Part shown: positions 12,301 through 25,153 of the stretch, one piece after another
How the letters are laid out: each line of letters opens with the position of its first letter
Numbering within the stretch: the first letter of the stretch is position 1
Assembly: GCA_951406725.2 (NCBI GenBank)
Contig: OX597830.1
Location: 68,014,001-68,078,000, forward strand
From: Octopus vulgaris
Lineage: Eukaryota
Direction of reading: 5' to 3'
Length of the DNA: 64,000 nt
The notes under the pieces: model-generated
Told to the model about the DNA's origin: nothing
Seen by the model: only the letters and a program-made list of their open reading frames with translations
Databases searched by the model: none
Program-made: the position numbers and the translations under genes

Positions 12301-14412
12301 TGAATTATCAGTTACATTACAAAACAAAATTAAATTCGGAAAACAATGAATTTATTTAGAAAATGAAAGGAATAGTGAAGGCTGAAAAAATGAAATAAAA
12401 ATATGTGTCTTGCAGAACGCAACACAAATTCGAACCTTTTCTCAATTTGTGACAATGTGTTAATGTACACACAAGGATTAGTAGCGCCAGCTACACTACA
12501 GAAAGGAATACTAAAGAAATTTCACATTGGCCACCCAGGGATTTTTGAGAATAAAATCATTCATCAGAACTTATGTGTATTGGCCAACGATGGACCATGA
12601 CATTGAAGAACTAGTGAGAACATGCAGAGGTTGTGCCCTAGCAGCAAAATCATCAACCACAAAATGGCAACAGATAACCCATTCTCTTGAATGCATGTTG
12701 ATTAAGCAGGGCCACTTAACAGTTCATATTACCTTTTTTGTGGTAGACAGTTCTTCTAAGTGGCTTGAAATGCATAAATGTAAAAAGCCGACATCCCCGG
12801 TTACAGTAAACTTTTTACACAAATCATTCACCGGATATGGTATTCTGAATACCAATGTGTCTGATAATGGAACTCATTTTACTTCAGACAAGTTCAAAAA
12901 ATCTTGTAAAATGTTCGTTATCTAACTTGTGACTACGCTGACGTATCAACTAATGTCAAATGGACAATCGTTTTATCGATGCTTTTAAGAGTGTTTTAAA
13001 AAGGCGAACAATGAAGTAATGGATGACCTAACACTTCAACAATTTCTATGAATGTACCGAGTAACACCTGTAGTGACCCTATAACGGTGCGCGCGCGCGC
13101 ACCGTCCATTTGTATTTCGCGCGTGTTGGTGCCTTTACCAAGGCAGAGAAAGGAAGGGCCCTCTCGCGCATGCGCGAACCACCGGAAGCACGACCCTGGC
13201 TGAGGCAAGGGGGTCGTGGAACGTTTGACCGCTGGCAGCAGCAGCGGCGACTTTGAGACATGGCTATCGAAGGCAACGGTCGCGATATATTTTCTCTCCG
13301 TTCGAACTAGCTTCTAGCAGTCCTTACCAAAAAGGTTTTAACCAAATTGTTGCAGACCAACATCGTCTCCATTGTTCGACGCCATTTTGACCCGTTCTGT
13401 TTTTGGCAGCTGAATATTGTAAATATTACAATCGATTAACTTTCAGCCTTGCGCGCCCAGAACTAAGGACATCAGATAACACACTTATTGTTATTGTTAC
13501 CAAGAAAGAGAATAAAGTAGTATATATATATTTTACGTCTGCGTCTTGTTGTTTCTGACGGGTAGAGAATTCTGGATTATTAAAGCAACGGCTAGTGAGT
13601 GATTGCTTTCTTGTACCCCGAAAGTACAAGACAAGATATTCACTCACATTAAGCTCGTTACACACCTAATCCCAAACCCCCGTCTGGAATGTTACCTGCA
13701 GAATTAATGTTCCCCAGAAAGTTTAGATTCGTCTTTGACAAGTTGTTACTGAATAACATAGCAAACAATAAATATAATTCAAAATATCTCAAGATAGCTG
13801 ATATAGTTTTCTTTAAAGGGTAAAGAAATGTGGCAGGGCAGTGTGATTACTAAAGAGATTGGAAAAGTGTTATCTTTGGTAAAAGGTAAAAATTTTGAAT
13901 ATAAAAGACAAACCTGCTTAGAAAACGATTTACGGAAGAAACGGCCACGAGAGAGGAAATTCCCAAGGAAGTAATTTATATGTTTGAGGTACCAACACTT
14001 AAATAGATTGAAACCACATGTCCAAGTGCCAGAAAAAGGAAAAGAACCGAACCACTGGAATTAGACCCTAAACGTAAAAGATATTAAACTCCGTATGAGT
14101 TTAATTCTTAAAAAAGGAAGATATGGCAGAGTCGTGAACACCCCCTCCCACGTGACTGAAAGTGGACTAAAGGATTTCAATGAGTAAGAACTGTGAGAAC
14201 TGTCAAGGCAGTTGACAGTGTTGGTCGACTCTATTGGTTACTCTGTTAGTGCGACGTGTGTAGGTTTAATATCGTTCCTACATTCGAGTAATATGGAGCG
14301 CATTCCCTGTGAACATAATAATTCTGCGATAGGTTATTCTACACAACCACATTCCAAATATTTATTTGGGTAATGTTATTTTACAACCAGCGTGTACATG
14401 CATGTCATAACA
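9302..14412 (+). mobile_element. Degraded full-length Gypsy (Mag-like) LTR retrotransposon
   Basis: Diverged LTRs ~9302-9514 and ~14122-14412, both ending GCATGTCATAACA. PBS TGGCGACGAG at 9519; purine tract before the 3' LTR; remnants of protease (QLDTG), RT (AYVDDILIK), RNase H (YSQIEKEALAI) and integrase (HIGHPG, YWPTMD, VSDNGTHFTS). Near-TSD AAGAT/AAGAA. Confidence 0.88.
13069..13662 (+). mobile_element. Young solo LTR nested in the Gypsy integrase
   Basis: TGTA...TACA termini, CACC duplicated on both sides, CpG-rich, AATAAA at ~13511. Excision restores the host integrase YRVTPNP. Confidence 0.85.
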
Positions 14413-14740
14413 AAGAAGGAGACTCAGAAAGACAAGGGGTGATGCTTTGGGGGCCAGTCTCAAGTTGCTGATCCTTGGAGATGTCAAAGGGCCAAGATAT
14501 TTAGCACCTTGCTGTGCTTGAGAAAGCCTGCCCACCACAGCAGAACTAATAACCTACTCCTCTGGCACATGCTTGTTCGTGAAAAGCTCTACCTCACCAC
14601 AATTCCCACTGCCTCAGGAAACTTTTGCCTCACATTTCATGTCCTACGCTCATCACTTGTTTATCCCTGATATTATTCCTCTACTATAATAGGCAATTAT
14701 TATGTACCTCAACTTTCGTCATTTCTCCATTCCAGTACTT

Positions 14741-15111
14741 CCCAGAAACACTTCCTTTCCTCATTATCTTCCTCCAGCCATGCTCTCTCTCTCTCTCTCC
14801 TCCCTACTCAACACAAATAGAACCATTTCTTTGTCTCATTATCTTACTTCAATCATTCCTTAACTCCTCTCTGCTAGAATCCATCCTTAGAAAGTTTTCC
14901 TTTCCTTATCTTATTCCACAAACTTCCACTAATTTCACATTTCCTCCCCCATTTATAACCACTTCTTTCTTTAACTTTCATTACTTTCACTCTTCTCCAC
15001 CTCCAAGAAGTACTTCCATTCCTAATTATCTTCCTCCAGCCATGATCCTCTTTCCTCTGCTAGACTCATACTTAGAACCACATTCGTTACACATTCTGTT
15101 CTTCTAGCTAT

Positions 15112-15145
<34 letters not shown>

Positions 15146-16140
15146 GTTAAACTCCGTCTTTAGATCCTCTTCCATTCTTCATCCCCTTCTTCCATCCATG
15201 CTCTGCCCACCTCACCACAGTTAGACTCTTTCCTTAGAACCACTTTTATTTTTTCTCCATTTTCCTCCAGTGACACTCCCTGTTTCTGCTGCTAGACTCC
15301 ATCTTAGAACCACATTCTTTCTTCATTATCTTCCTCCATCCATGCTATATCGTCCCACTTCTAGACTCCATCCTCAGAACCATTCCCATTGGTCTCTATC
15401 TTCATCCAGCAACATTCTCTTGCTCCTCTGCTAAATCCCATCCTCAGAACAACTTCCTTTTCTCGTTACTATCCTCCAGACATGCTGCCTCTCACCTCTC
15501 CTGGATTCCATTCTCAGCACTAATTCCATTTCGCTCTGTCTTCCTCCAGTCATCCTCCCTCACCTCTCTGCTAGACTCCATTCTCATAACTTCTTTTTCT
15601 CATTATCTTTCTCCAGCTATGCTCAATTTTCCCTCTACTAGATTCTATGCTTAGAACCACTTCCTTTCCTCATTATTTTCTTCCACCCACACCCTCTCAC
15701 TCCTTAGCTAAACTCCATCCTTAGAAATATTTTCTTTCCTCATTAACTCTCTCCAGGCATACTCTATCTCCCTTCTGCTAGACTCTATCTTTAAAACAAC
15801 TTATTTTCTTCATTATATTTCTCCAGCCATACTCTTGCTTCCCTCTGCTAGACTTCAAATTCATAACCACTTCTATTTCTTTCTATATTCCTCTCTTCTT
15901 TATCAGACTCTTGTCTTAGAACCACTTGTTTTTCCTCTCTATATTCTTCCTCTATATTTTTCCTCTCTATATACTTTCTCTCTGTGCTCTGCTAAACTCC
16001 ATACATAGAACCACTTCCTTTTCTCATTATCTTGATTAAGCCAGGCTCTCCTCCCCTCTGCTAGACTCCTTCATTAGAACCACATCCATTTGTCTCTATC
16101 TTACTCCAGCCATTCTCACTCTCACATCTGCTGAACTCCC
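14741..16140. repeat. Pyrimidine-rich minisatellite, ~58-60 bp unit, roughly 20+ diverged copies
   Basis: Recurring unit CTCTGCTAGACTCCATCCTTAGAACCACTTCCTTTTCTCATTATCTTCCTCCAGCCATGCTC. Confidence 0.9.
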
Positions 16141-16513
16141 CATTTCTTGTCAAGCCTACCCACACTATGACTTCTACGTTATCTATTTACAAGATCCAAG
16201 AATTCATTAGCAATAATCTCTGAATTGTAGTTTATTCATGTCTTTTCCTCACCAATCTCAGATGTCCTGTAAAGATTATGGATGGTACCCTTCCTCCTTT
16301 AATTAAGCTCTGTTCCATCAAGGGTGAGGTCCCTCAGCAAACACCATTTGTTATCTATTTTACTATTAGTGTAGCCTGGATGACATTATTTATCATTAGG
16401 GCACCAAGGTAAGAAGTCTATCTTGTTTGTGACATCAGTGTAGACCTTATATTATTCTTTATATGCAACTTTCTCTCATCACTATAAAAAGTTGAAATAA
16501 TTTGTCTTTCTAG

Positions 16514-16704
16514 AGCATTCCTACTGAGATATGACATCAGAAGGGCAATTAATATTGCCTCTAAGGATTATTTCAATAGAATGAAGAAAATTGAGCTGTT
16601 AAAATATGTGATTGAGTCCCTGAAACACCTAAACTTGCTAACTGTTTACAATATACACTCAAGTGAAGACTTTGATGTGGTAATCAAGAAGGCTCTGATC
16701 AAAG
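16514..16704 (+). CDS. TRPM: TRPM-family channel exon: AFLLRYDIRRAINIASKDYFNRMKKIELLKYVIESLKHLNLLTVYNIHSSEDFDVVIKKALIK(A)
   Basis: tttgtctttctag|AGCATTC...ATCAAAG|gtaata; 191 nt, phase 2->1, open frame. LLTVY...EDFDVVIKKALIKA matches the TRPM LxTVf...DxDxAILxALLKA motif. Confidence 0.9.
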
Positions 16705-17127
16705 GTAATAAAAATTATCTAAAATGTTTCTGGAATGCCAGTGTTTTACATGTTGTCATTAGCATTGTACTTTGTCTGTGGTAAAGACATTTAACTTAAA
16801 AATTCCCCTTCTCTACATTACTGTAAATAGATATTAAAAACAGTATGCTTGTATAATTGCTGAACCGATGAATATTTCCCAGATTTGAGGTACCAAATTT
16901 GATCTTATCCATAGAAATAATTACTTGAAAATTGTTCTTGTCTAGAACATGATATATAAACTAAAGATAAGAAGGGGTCTAGAGCACGGACAACAGAAGC
17001 TTATGGAAAGATAAACATTACTGCTCTTTAACATCAAACTTACTGATTTCATAAAAGTATTGCACTTTTCTACCTCAAATTGGTTCTCATAATGTGTAAT
17101 ATTATTCAATAAAACTATTTTGCACCA

Positions 17128-17545
17128 TCCTCATCATCATTGTTTAACATCTGCTTTCCATGCTGGCATGGGTTGGACAGTTTGACAGAGGACTGGTGAG
17201 CCAGGAGGCTGCACCAGGCTCCAATCTGATCTGGTAAGGTTTCTACAGCTCGATGCCCTTAACACCAACAGCTCTGAGAGTGTAGTGGGTGTTTTTTACA
17301 TGCCACCGGCACAGGGGCCAGTCAGGTAGCATTGGCATCAACCATTTTTGAATGGTGCTTTTCACGTGCCACTGGCATGGTAGCCAGTCAGATAGCACTG
17401 GCATCGACAACACTTGTATGATGCTTTTTACGTGTCTCCAACACTGGAGCCAGTCCAACAACACTGGCATCAACCACACTCTAATGGTGCTTTTTACATG
17501 CCACTGGCATGGAAGCCAGTCAGGCAGTACTGGTATTAACCATGG
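17128..17545 (-). mobile_element. RTE-type tail element with four ~60-bp internal tandem repeats
   Basis: Reverse-complement tail (CATCATCATTGTTTAACATCTGCTTTCCATGCTGGC...) then 4x GGTGCTTTT(T/C)AC(A/G)TGCCACTGGCA...CCAGTC...CACTGGCATC. Confidence 0.7.
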
Positions 17546-18584
17546 CAACAAGTGTTTATTAGAGGCAATCTATTAAATAAATTTTATTTTCCCTTTAGTA
17601 TAGTGATGACTTTTATCAATTGCCTTTATTTATATTCCGAACATTAAAACAGTAATCCTATCTTACATTATCTATATTATAAACAACTTTTATTGTCATT
17701 GTTCAGTCAGTATGACACTTATATAGATTGTTATGAAATATTTTTGATATTTGTCAATGAATATTATGAATATTATGTTCTTCAAGAACATGATAATTAC
17801 TTTTTACCTGAAATAAGAAAGAATACTCAGCAGCATTAATAATAACCCAAATGAAATATTTGGAGTTAAACTAGCATCAGTTACCCTTCTTTATTTAATA
17901 TTGAAGATTAACCTGCAGTCTTTTAATTACTGTTATTTGTTATTTTACTTTTAAATATCCCACAAAGTGACCTTTATTAATGTTTGGGAATCTGAACACA
18001 ACATCATCTTCCATCCCAATCTGGGTGGCACTATCCATAAGTGATTTACACCTTGCTCTTTTTTCTCTTCTCCTCTCCAAATAATAATAAACAATAATTT
18101 AAATATTCTTATTGATTGTTAATTACTTTGACTTTTTCTTTGATAACCATTAATTTCACACATTTATAATTTCACACATTTATAATTACACTCAGTCATA
18201 AGAAGGCTTAACTCCTGCCTGTGAATTGTGTACATACATTTATTATGCTGCATAAATGGTTATTTTAATTTCATGCAGTGAATATATATTTAACCCAGTA
18301 GTTATTTGAAATATCAGTGAATGTGTTTTTTACTGTTTCCTATATGTTGGAGAGGACAGATTTTGTCTCAGTATGCAGCACAGCAAGTACACATAATTGA
18401 CTAGCCACCACAAGACTGTATGCATCTGGCATTCTCTTGAGTTACTGCCAGGAGGAATTTTGGTCTCTTTCCTATATGTGTTTTAAATAAAGCATATCTA
18501 TGGAGATTTTCTCTCAGCTAAAAACAGCAGCATCATGACTATAAACTGTGTATATATATTCAATATTATACATAAGTAGATAAT

Positions 18585-19410
18585 ATCAGGTTGTAACAAA
18601 GTTCTGTCAGTTTTTTTAAGGTTCAGTAAAAGAATTAAAAAAAACTATCATATTTATTTAATCAATAATATAGTTACTATTCTCATCTGTGACCACTTTC
18701 CATCTGTTTTTTAATGCCACGTTCATAAAATCCTTAGTTTTAGAAAGGAAAAAGGAAATTACAGCTTCTACTTTTCAATTAAGTCTTAATCCACTGAAAT
18801 GATTTTGTAAACTTTTAAAGAGATGATAATCTGTTGGTGCGAGATAAGAAGAATAAAGTGAGTGAGGCATAATTTCCCAGGTCTATTTTTCTCAAACTTC
18901 TTTGGCCATTTTTGCAGTGTTAGGATTATTATGATGAAGGATGATTTCATTTTTGTTTTTTAATGATGGTTGTTTTTGATACATGGCTGCTTTCAAACAT
19001 GCTAGCTTTTGGCAGTATAGATTAGTTGTTATTGTTTGGTTATCCTGTAGCTGCTTGGAATGAATTATTCCATGCATATCCTACCATAATTTCAGAAGAA
19101 TCTTCCTTAGATGCCAACCACTTCTGGACTGCTGAGTTGGATCTTCACCACAAATGAGCCACTGATGTTTTCACTAAACATTATGGCAAATTATCTATTT
19201 CTCATCTCAGTTAAGTCTCTATCCAAAAAAGGTATTTGTGTATCAAAATGATGCACAACAATCAACATGTCATTTGCAATTATCTGCAGAGAGCTCATGC
19301 AAAATCCATTTTGCAACTTTTGACACTTTATATAAACTCAGAACACTATCTGGCAGAAATACTAAGGGTTTCACCTAGCACACTAACAATTCTGCCAGCT
19401 CACTGTTTTG
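18585..19410 (-). mobile_element. Degraded mariner (Tc1/mariner) transposon
   Basis: ORF 18892-19077 GIIHSKQL...TITTNLYCQKL..LKAAMYQKQPSLKNKNEIILHHNN resembles the mariner catalytic domain. Boundaries approximate. Confidence 0.7.
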
Positions 19411-19454
19411 TGAAATAATTTGAATAATAAAAAAAATTGGCTATAGGTGTAAGG

Positions 19455-19580
19455 TCCGACATTTTGGGGAGGGGGGCAGTTGATTAGATCGACCCCAGTA
19501 CACAATTGGTACCTAAATTCATCGACTCTGAAAGGCAAAGTCGACCTAGGCGGAATTTGAACACAGAACGTAAAGATAGA
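19455..19580 (-). mobile_element. SINE fragment (family of 27557-27775)
   Basis: Reverse complement of GTTCAAATTCCGCC..GTCGACTTTGCCTTTCA...GTACCA seen at 27630-27700. Confidence 0.65.
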
Positions 19581-19709
19581 TTGTCGCCTTGGTCTGAAGG
19601 AATATTATAAGATGTCATATTAGCCATATTGATGATATTAAATATTTTGATTTAGTTAAAGGACATTTTAATATCAAATGATTTATTTTTTGTGAAATCT
19701 ATGTTACAG

Positions 19710-19804
19710 CAAAGAATGGATTCAAATATTTGCCGTTTTCATCGGAGTGGAGAGAAATTTATGGACACCTGAATGACCTACTTACAGATGAGATTCGCTT
19801 ACAT
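19710..19804 (+). CDS. TRPM: TRPM gene exon: (A)KNGFKYLPFSSEWREIYGHLNDLLTDEIRLH
   Basis: atgttacag|CAAAGAAT...TTACAT|gtaaga; 95 nt. Only the phase 1->0 frame is open, exactly the phase required by the upstream exon and by microexon A1. Confidence 0.8.
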
Positions 19805-20389
19805 GTAAGATAATATATATATTATTATTTATGTTGTGAACCATTAGTAAATATCTCTGTGTATGTATGTATATGTGTGTGTGTGTGTGTGTGTGTCTGT
19901 ATACACACACACACACACAAACCAATGGAAATAGACAGTTGAGATCCATGAAGGTAGAGTCCAAAAGAGTAAGAAGATCCAGTGGTAATCCGGGTGGAGT
20001 GGTGCATATGTGTGTGTACGCATATGTGTGTGCATGTCTATATGAACCTATACACATATTCATTAAAATTTAGCAAGAGCAACAGAGTGACTCTAGGTCC
20101 GACATTTTGTGCGTTGACAGGAGCTCTTGATCCTCGAGTCACTGTGTTGCTCTTGCTACATATTAATTAAGTATACACGTACTCATACTTTGAGTTCTGT
20201 TTCTTCTGTTTGCATCAATAAATCCCTAGATATATGTTTTTTTATCAACTGTCTATCCACGACCTGTTTACAAAGTGTCTTACGAAGTCCACTACATCGT
20301 CTATGTTTGACTATTGTACCGATCCCTGTGCTTCTATATATTATCAGTTGCTACCTCAAGGATAACATGGAACGGTCCGATTTTAGGTA

Positions 20390-22990
20390 TTCTACAAAAA
20401 ATGTCCTTATACCTTCTAATTAGGTCTACACGAAAATGTTACTAGAGAAAAGGATAGGCTTTATAAGGCATAGGAGACGGAAGGTATTTTACTATGATCA
20501 AAGTGCACCACGTTCAGAGGCTAATACATACAATATCAAAGACACCACCTAGAATCAAGGAACTTGATTCCTTCAAGAAGACCTACTGGGCATAATGCAC
20601 AGGCTGAAATTCCATAAGGCCTCTTCCCATTTCAAAGCAAATTCTGTGAAGATATACAAAATATAAAAAACTCTAACGGGTCCTTAATCTTCTCGGATTA
20701 GACTAAGAGCTTATACATGATAGATACATACACTTACATTAGGCTTTTAAATGATTCAATCATACAAAAATACAGACGCTCTTCCACACACTTACAATAG
20801 CATTAACTATGAGGTTAAACAAATAGCAGTTAACCTAGGCATAGCAAACAGAGTAGAAATCTTATCCAAGAGAAACGCTTTTATAACTCTGAAAAATCAC
20901 AAGACAAATTTTGCCTCCAACCCCAAATGCCACCTAATCAACCTGGCCAAGTCTGAGATTGGCATGGCAAGTAAGTATATACCAAGAAGATTAACGATGA
21001 CATAAGAAGATACATGAGCCTCCCTCTATGGTGCAGCACCAATGAGGTAACCTCATGGTTTATTGCCAACTGCGACAGAGACAGGGCTAGATTTACACAG
21101 TTCGACATTGTCGACTTTTATCCATCTATTTCTGAAGAGTTATTAATGAAGGCACTTACCTTTGCCAAGAGCTTCACAGATATTACTAATAATAATACTA
21201 GAGTTATCATGCATGCCAGGAGGACGGTACTGTTCAGCAAAGATTCTACATGGGTTAAGCAACCTGACCCTGAGGGCTCATTTGATGTAGCTATGGGAAC
21301 ATATGATAGCGCCAATGTCTATGATCTTATCGGATTGTACATCCTGGACATCTTAGAGAAGAGGTTTCCTTCAGTCCTCTTCGGTCTCGACAGAGATGTC
21401 CTAGTCATCTCTAGGGGAGCCAACGGCCTCACATTAGACTTAGAAAAGATCTAATTAGCACCTTAGGCTCAATGGATTTCAAGATCACCATTGAGACTAA
21501 TCTCACCACAGAAGATTTCTTAGATGTTATTAGATTTGGTACATACAGGTCCTAGCACAAGCCAAACAAGAGACTGTCTTATATTAGCACAGACTCCAAC
21601 CACCCCCTATGGTTTTCAAGAACCTAGTGAAAAGTGTAAACAAGAGAATCTCAAATCTATTCTCAAACCAAGCAATCTTCGAAGCCACTGCCTCCTTCAA
21701 CAGTAAGGCACTGGCATCGAATGGGTGCCTGTTCCTAGCACCTGGGAAAGAAAGCCCCGCAGAAATGTCGTTTGGTTTGCTCCACCGTTAACACTCAATG
21801 TCAAGACTTGTATGTGAAAGATTTTCCTTAGATTGATAAGCAAACATTTCACACACACATAGATACAGGTATATATTTAACAGATACAACCTAAGACTCT
21901 CCTTTAGTTGTGCTCCTAATGTAAAAAAAAACATTTTAACAAGTACCCACAATACAAGGGATGAGGCAGGTTGCTCTTGCAGGACATATAATAACTGTCC
22001 AGTAGGAGGCCGATGTGAGACTGAAGTGGTCATCTGTGAGGCTACGGTGATACCTAGGCCCGATATCCGCAATAACAGTTATGTACCAGCAAAAAGCAAT
22101 ATTATTAGCTGATCAGCTAGTTCTCATGACAATACAATTGCCAAGCGCAGAGATAATAACCAGTCCAAGACCAGCATTACAGAGAATGTCACTGAAGACC
22201 TCGGTACCGCCACCATGGATAATGAACAAACCATAGAAAGAGTGACCAGGCCTGCAATGTATGTTACCACCAGTACCAACGCTGTACCTAGAAATAATGA
22301 CCTATCCAGGACAAGGGACTTGGAGGAGGTATCCACCATTCCCAGTTCCACCACCTCAGAAGATGACCAAATATTTATCTTCGACACCAATAGGATGACC
22401 AGCCCCGCACTATATGTCATAGGGGTGCGAATAGGCCTATACCTTATGTGTGTAAATATATTGGTTCTACAAGTTCTGCGTTCAAGCGACGTTTTCTTAA
22501 CCACCAGTCATCCTTCAGAGTCCCAGAAAGATGGTTTGAAACATCTTTGGTCCGCTATGTATGTCATCTCAAAGATCAAGGGACCCCGTGTGATATCAGG
22601 CAGAAATTAATTGATCAATTAAGCCTGTATATTAATGGAAGTGGCCGTTACAAGATCTGCATTGCGGAGAGAGCCAAAATTCTGAAGGACTATAAAAAAC
22701 CTGGTGCATTCAACAGCCGCAAGGAAGTGTTTTCTAAATGTACTTACTCAAAAATTGGATCGCCACAATTGCTAGTTAGGCCTCTTCAGATCTATAAGGG
22801 ATTTTCTCCCTCTGATTCAGGTAAAATAACCTGCCCTCATTAACGTTTTTATTAAGAAATATTCCTCGAGCTCTGAGAGTTCCCTTATGTCTGCAATGCA
22901 GATATTTTAAATTTTGTATTCGTATAGAGTCTGACGAGCTGTCCACAAGGCTTTGCTTTGTGTAGCTTTATAACCAAGATATAATTTTTT
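20390..22990 (+). mobile_element. Penelope-like element (RT plus GIY-YIG endonuclease), degraded
   Basis: AFITLKNHKTNF..NPKCHLINLAKSEIG, FTQFDIVDFYPSISEELL, MGTYDSANV..LIGLYIL, and KYIGSTSSAFKRRFLNHQSSF...CIAERAKIL..NSRKEVFSKC. Confidence 0.85.
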
Positions 22991-23019
22991 GTTGCTTATA
23001 CATACATACATATATATAG

Positions 23020-24300
23020 GAGGAGAGTTCACAAAAAAAAGCAAAAGACGAAGACAGGTAGTGTAGACAACAAACAGGTATATTAGTTTAACGCTCGGGA
23101 AGTGAAAAAGTCTTTAACGTTTCAAGCCTACACTCTTCCACAGAAAGGAACACAGAAAGAAACAAGGAGAGAAAATAAAGAATGTGTAGTGGTTAACGAT
23201 CTACTATGGCAAATGCCAGACAGAAGGGTCACACAGGAGAGCTAGGAAGAAGATAATAAAGTAGTGGTGATCCCAAAACGAAGGTGCGCGTGCGTGTGTA
23301 TAAGAGAGTATTATGTGCGTGTGGAAGAGGGCTGGTGACCTTGATGTGTGCGTGTGTGTATGTGGGGCTGGGAAGTGGTCAGTGCTAGTGTGTGCGTGGT
23401 GGTGTGATGTGTTGTGGTGTTGTGTGGTAAGGTGGTGTATGATGTAGTGATGTGATGGTGTTGGGAAGTGAGGGAGGCAAGAGTGGGGAAAGCAAGGGTG
23501 GTGTGTGAGTTAGGCTGAGGGTGGGGTAGAGGTGGGGTATGTGGGTAGGCTGACGGTGGGGATAGATTTGGGGTATGTGGAAGTGGGTGTAAGGGATGGG
23601 ATGGGTGGGATGGATAGGGAAGGTAGGGTTGGAATGTGTAGGATGGGGTTACGAGGGAGGGGGAGAAGGTGACTAGGAGTGAAGAGAAGAGAGAAGGAGA
23701 GTAGGAGTGAAGAGAAGAAGTAGGAGTCGGAGCAAGAGGAGGGATGGATGGGAAGGAAATAGGTGTGAGGAGGAGAGTTGAATTCATGTGGCACAAAGGA
23801 GCGAAGAGAGAAGATTAATCCTTGTTCATGAAGCAAACGGGAGTCCGGATGACCCCTGTGCAAGGACAATCCGAACACAGATAGGTGTTGCAAAGAGTGA
23901 CCGGTAGAACGGAAATGGCAAGAGACTGGGGTGTCACTGCAGAGTTGAATGTCTCAGAAGTGTTCCGCAGACCGGTCAGCCAAGAGGCGTCTCATTTGCC
24001 CGATGTATAGAGAAGGGGAGAGAGAGAGAGCAGGAGATGCAGTAGTTGACAGTGATAAAAGTGCAGGTGAAGGAGTCAGTGATGTGATAGGGTCGATGAT
24101 GGGTGCTGGTGAGGAGAGTGGTGTTGGAGAAATAAGGTCAATTGTAACAGCATGTGTGGAAGCAGGGGAATGAGCAGGGTTGGGAATTTAGATTACAGAA
24201 GAAGCTGTGGACCAAGAGGTCTTGTAGGTTGTGGGCTCATTTGAAGACTGGAGTCACCGAAAGGCTCGGAGAATGGTACATTGGAGAAGTGGGGTGGTGG
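23020..24300 (-). mobile_element. Penelope-like element 3' part (GIY-YIG domain plus pLTR)
   Basis: Minus strand LYIGQMRRLLADRSAEHF (~23960-24010) and RLLHEQGLIFSLRSFVPHEFN. A degenerate hammerhead-like GAAGAG..GAAACGTTA lies near 23110-23140. Confidence 0.75.
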
Positions 24301-24378
24301 GGTGGTATTTGAGGGGAAACATATATATATATATATATATATATATACGCGAGAAAGAAGCAACAAGAATGGATAGGT

Positions 24379-24469
24379 TTTTAGTACAATCGTTTCATAC
24401 AAGGACAGGCTTTATTAAAAGTTGCAAAAATTACAGCATATAAACGTGTCCCGTACTCATCAGCTAAAA
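24379..24469 (-). ncRNA. Type I hammerhead ribozyme motif, antisense copy in left palindrome arm
   Basis: Reverse complement of 25063-25153. Confidence 0.7.
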
Positions 24470-25062
24470 TACATGTTAGTTCTCTAGACATCCTAGTGGT
24501 TGAGGCTATACTCATGAGGTAATGTAGATAATTAAGTAACATAAACAGATTTCCAAAGTTCATTAAAGTTCTTTAAAGATGATGTATAGTCTTATCACAG
24601 AATTTTAAAAAAGTTTTAATAGCATCACAGAGAAGGTGACCTAATCCATAGTGCACATATGAATTTCCAGAGATATGAGGAGGGATTACATACTCACAGA
24701 CGACAAATTTATCCATTGTTAATCACAACGAGGTGGGTCTCAATTCCTGCTTATTAGCATTACTAATAAGCAATGCTAATAAGCAGGAATTGAGACCCAC
24801 CTCGTTGTGATTAACAATGGATAAATTTGTCGTCTGTGAGTATGTAATCCCTCCTCATATCTCTGGAAATTCATATGTGCACTATGGATTAGGTCACCTT
24901 CTCTGTGATGCTATTAAAACTTTTTAAAATTCTGTGATAAGACTATACATCATCTTTAAAGAACTTTAATGAACTTTGGAAATCTGTTTATGTTACTTAA
25001 TTATCTACATTACCTCATGAGTATAGCCTCAACCACTAGGATGTCTAGAGAACTAACATGTA

Positions 25063-25153
25063 TTTTAGCTGATGAGTACGGGACGCGTTTATATGCTGTA
25101 ATTTTTGCAACTTTTAATAAAGCCTGTCCTTGTATGAAACGATTGTACTAAAA
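25063..25153 (+). ncRNA. Type I hammerhead ribozyme motif (Penelope pLTR type)
   Basis: TTTTAG-CTGATGA-GTACGGGAC...GTCCTTGTAT-GAAA-CGATTG-TA-CTAAAA: intact core, stems I and II pair, palindrome-like stem III. Predicted cut after A25147. Confidence 0.75.

Noticed and set aside
14625-15107. 160-aa hydrophobic ORF; regular repeats superficially like a CRISPR array
   Set aside because: Translation of a pyrimidine-rich minisatellite. Units are contiguous and diverged with no unique spacers, and the DNA is eukaryotic.
16581-16784. ORF-track 67-aa protein as a standalone gene
   Set aside because: It is the internal part of exon 16514-16704 plus intron read-through past the GT at 16705.
22931-22970. 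CTGACGA followed by a hairpin at the end of the Penelope element
   Set aside because: No GAAA/stem III follows; at best a truncated hammerhead.
24381-25151. Two identical 60-aa ORFs on opposite strands
   Set aside because: A by-product of the palindrome, with no recognisable protein features.
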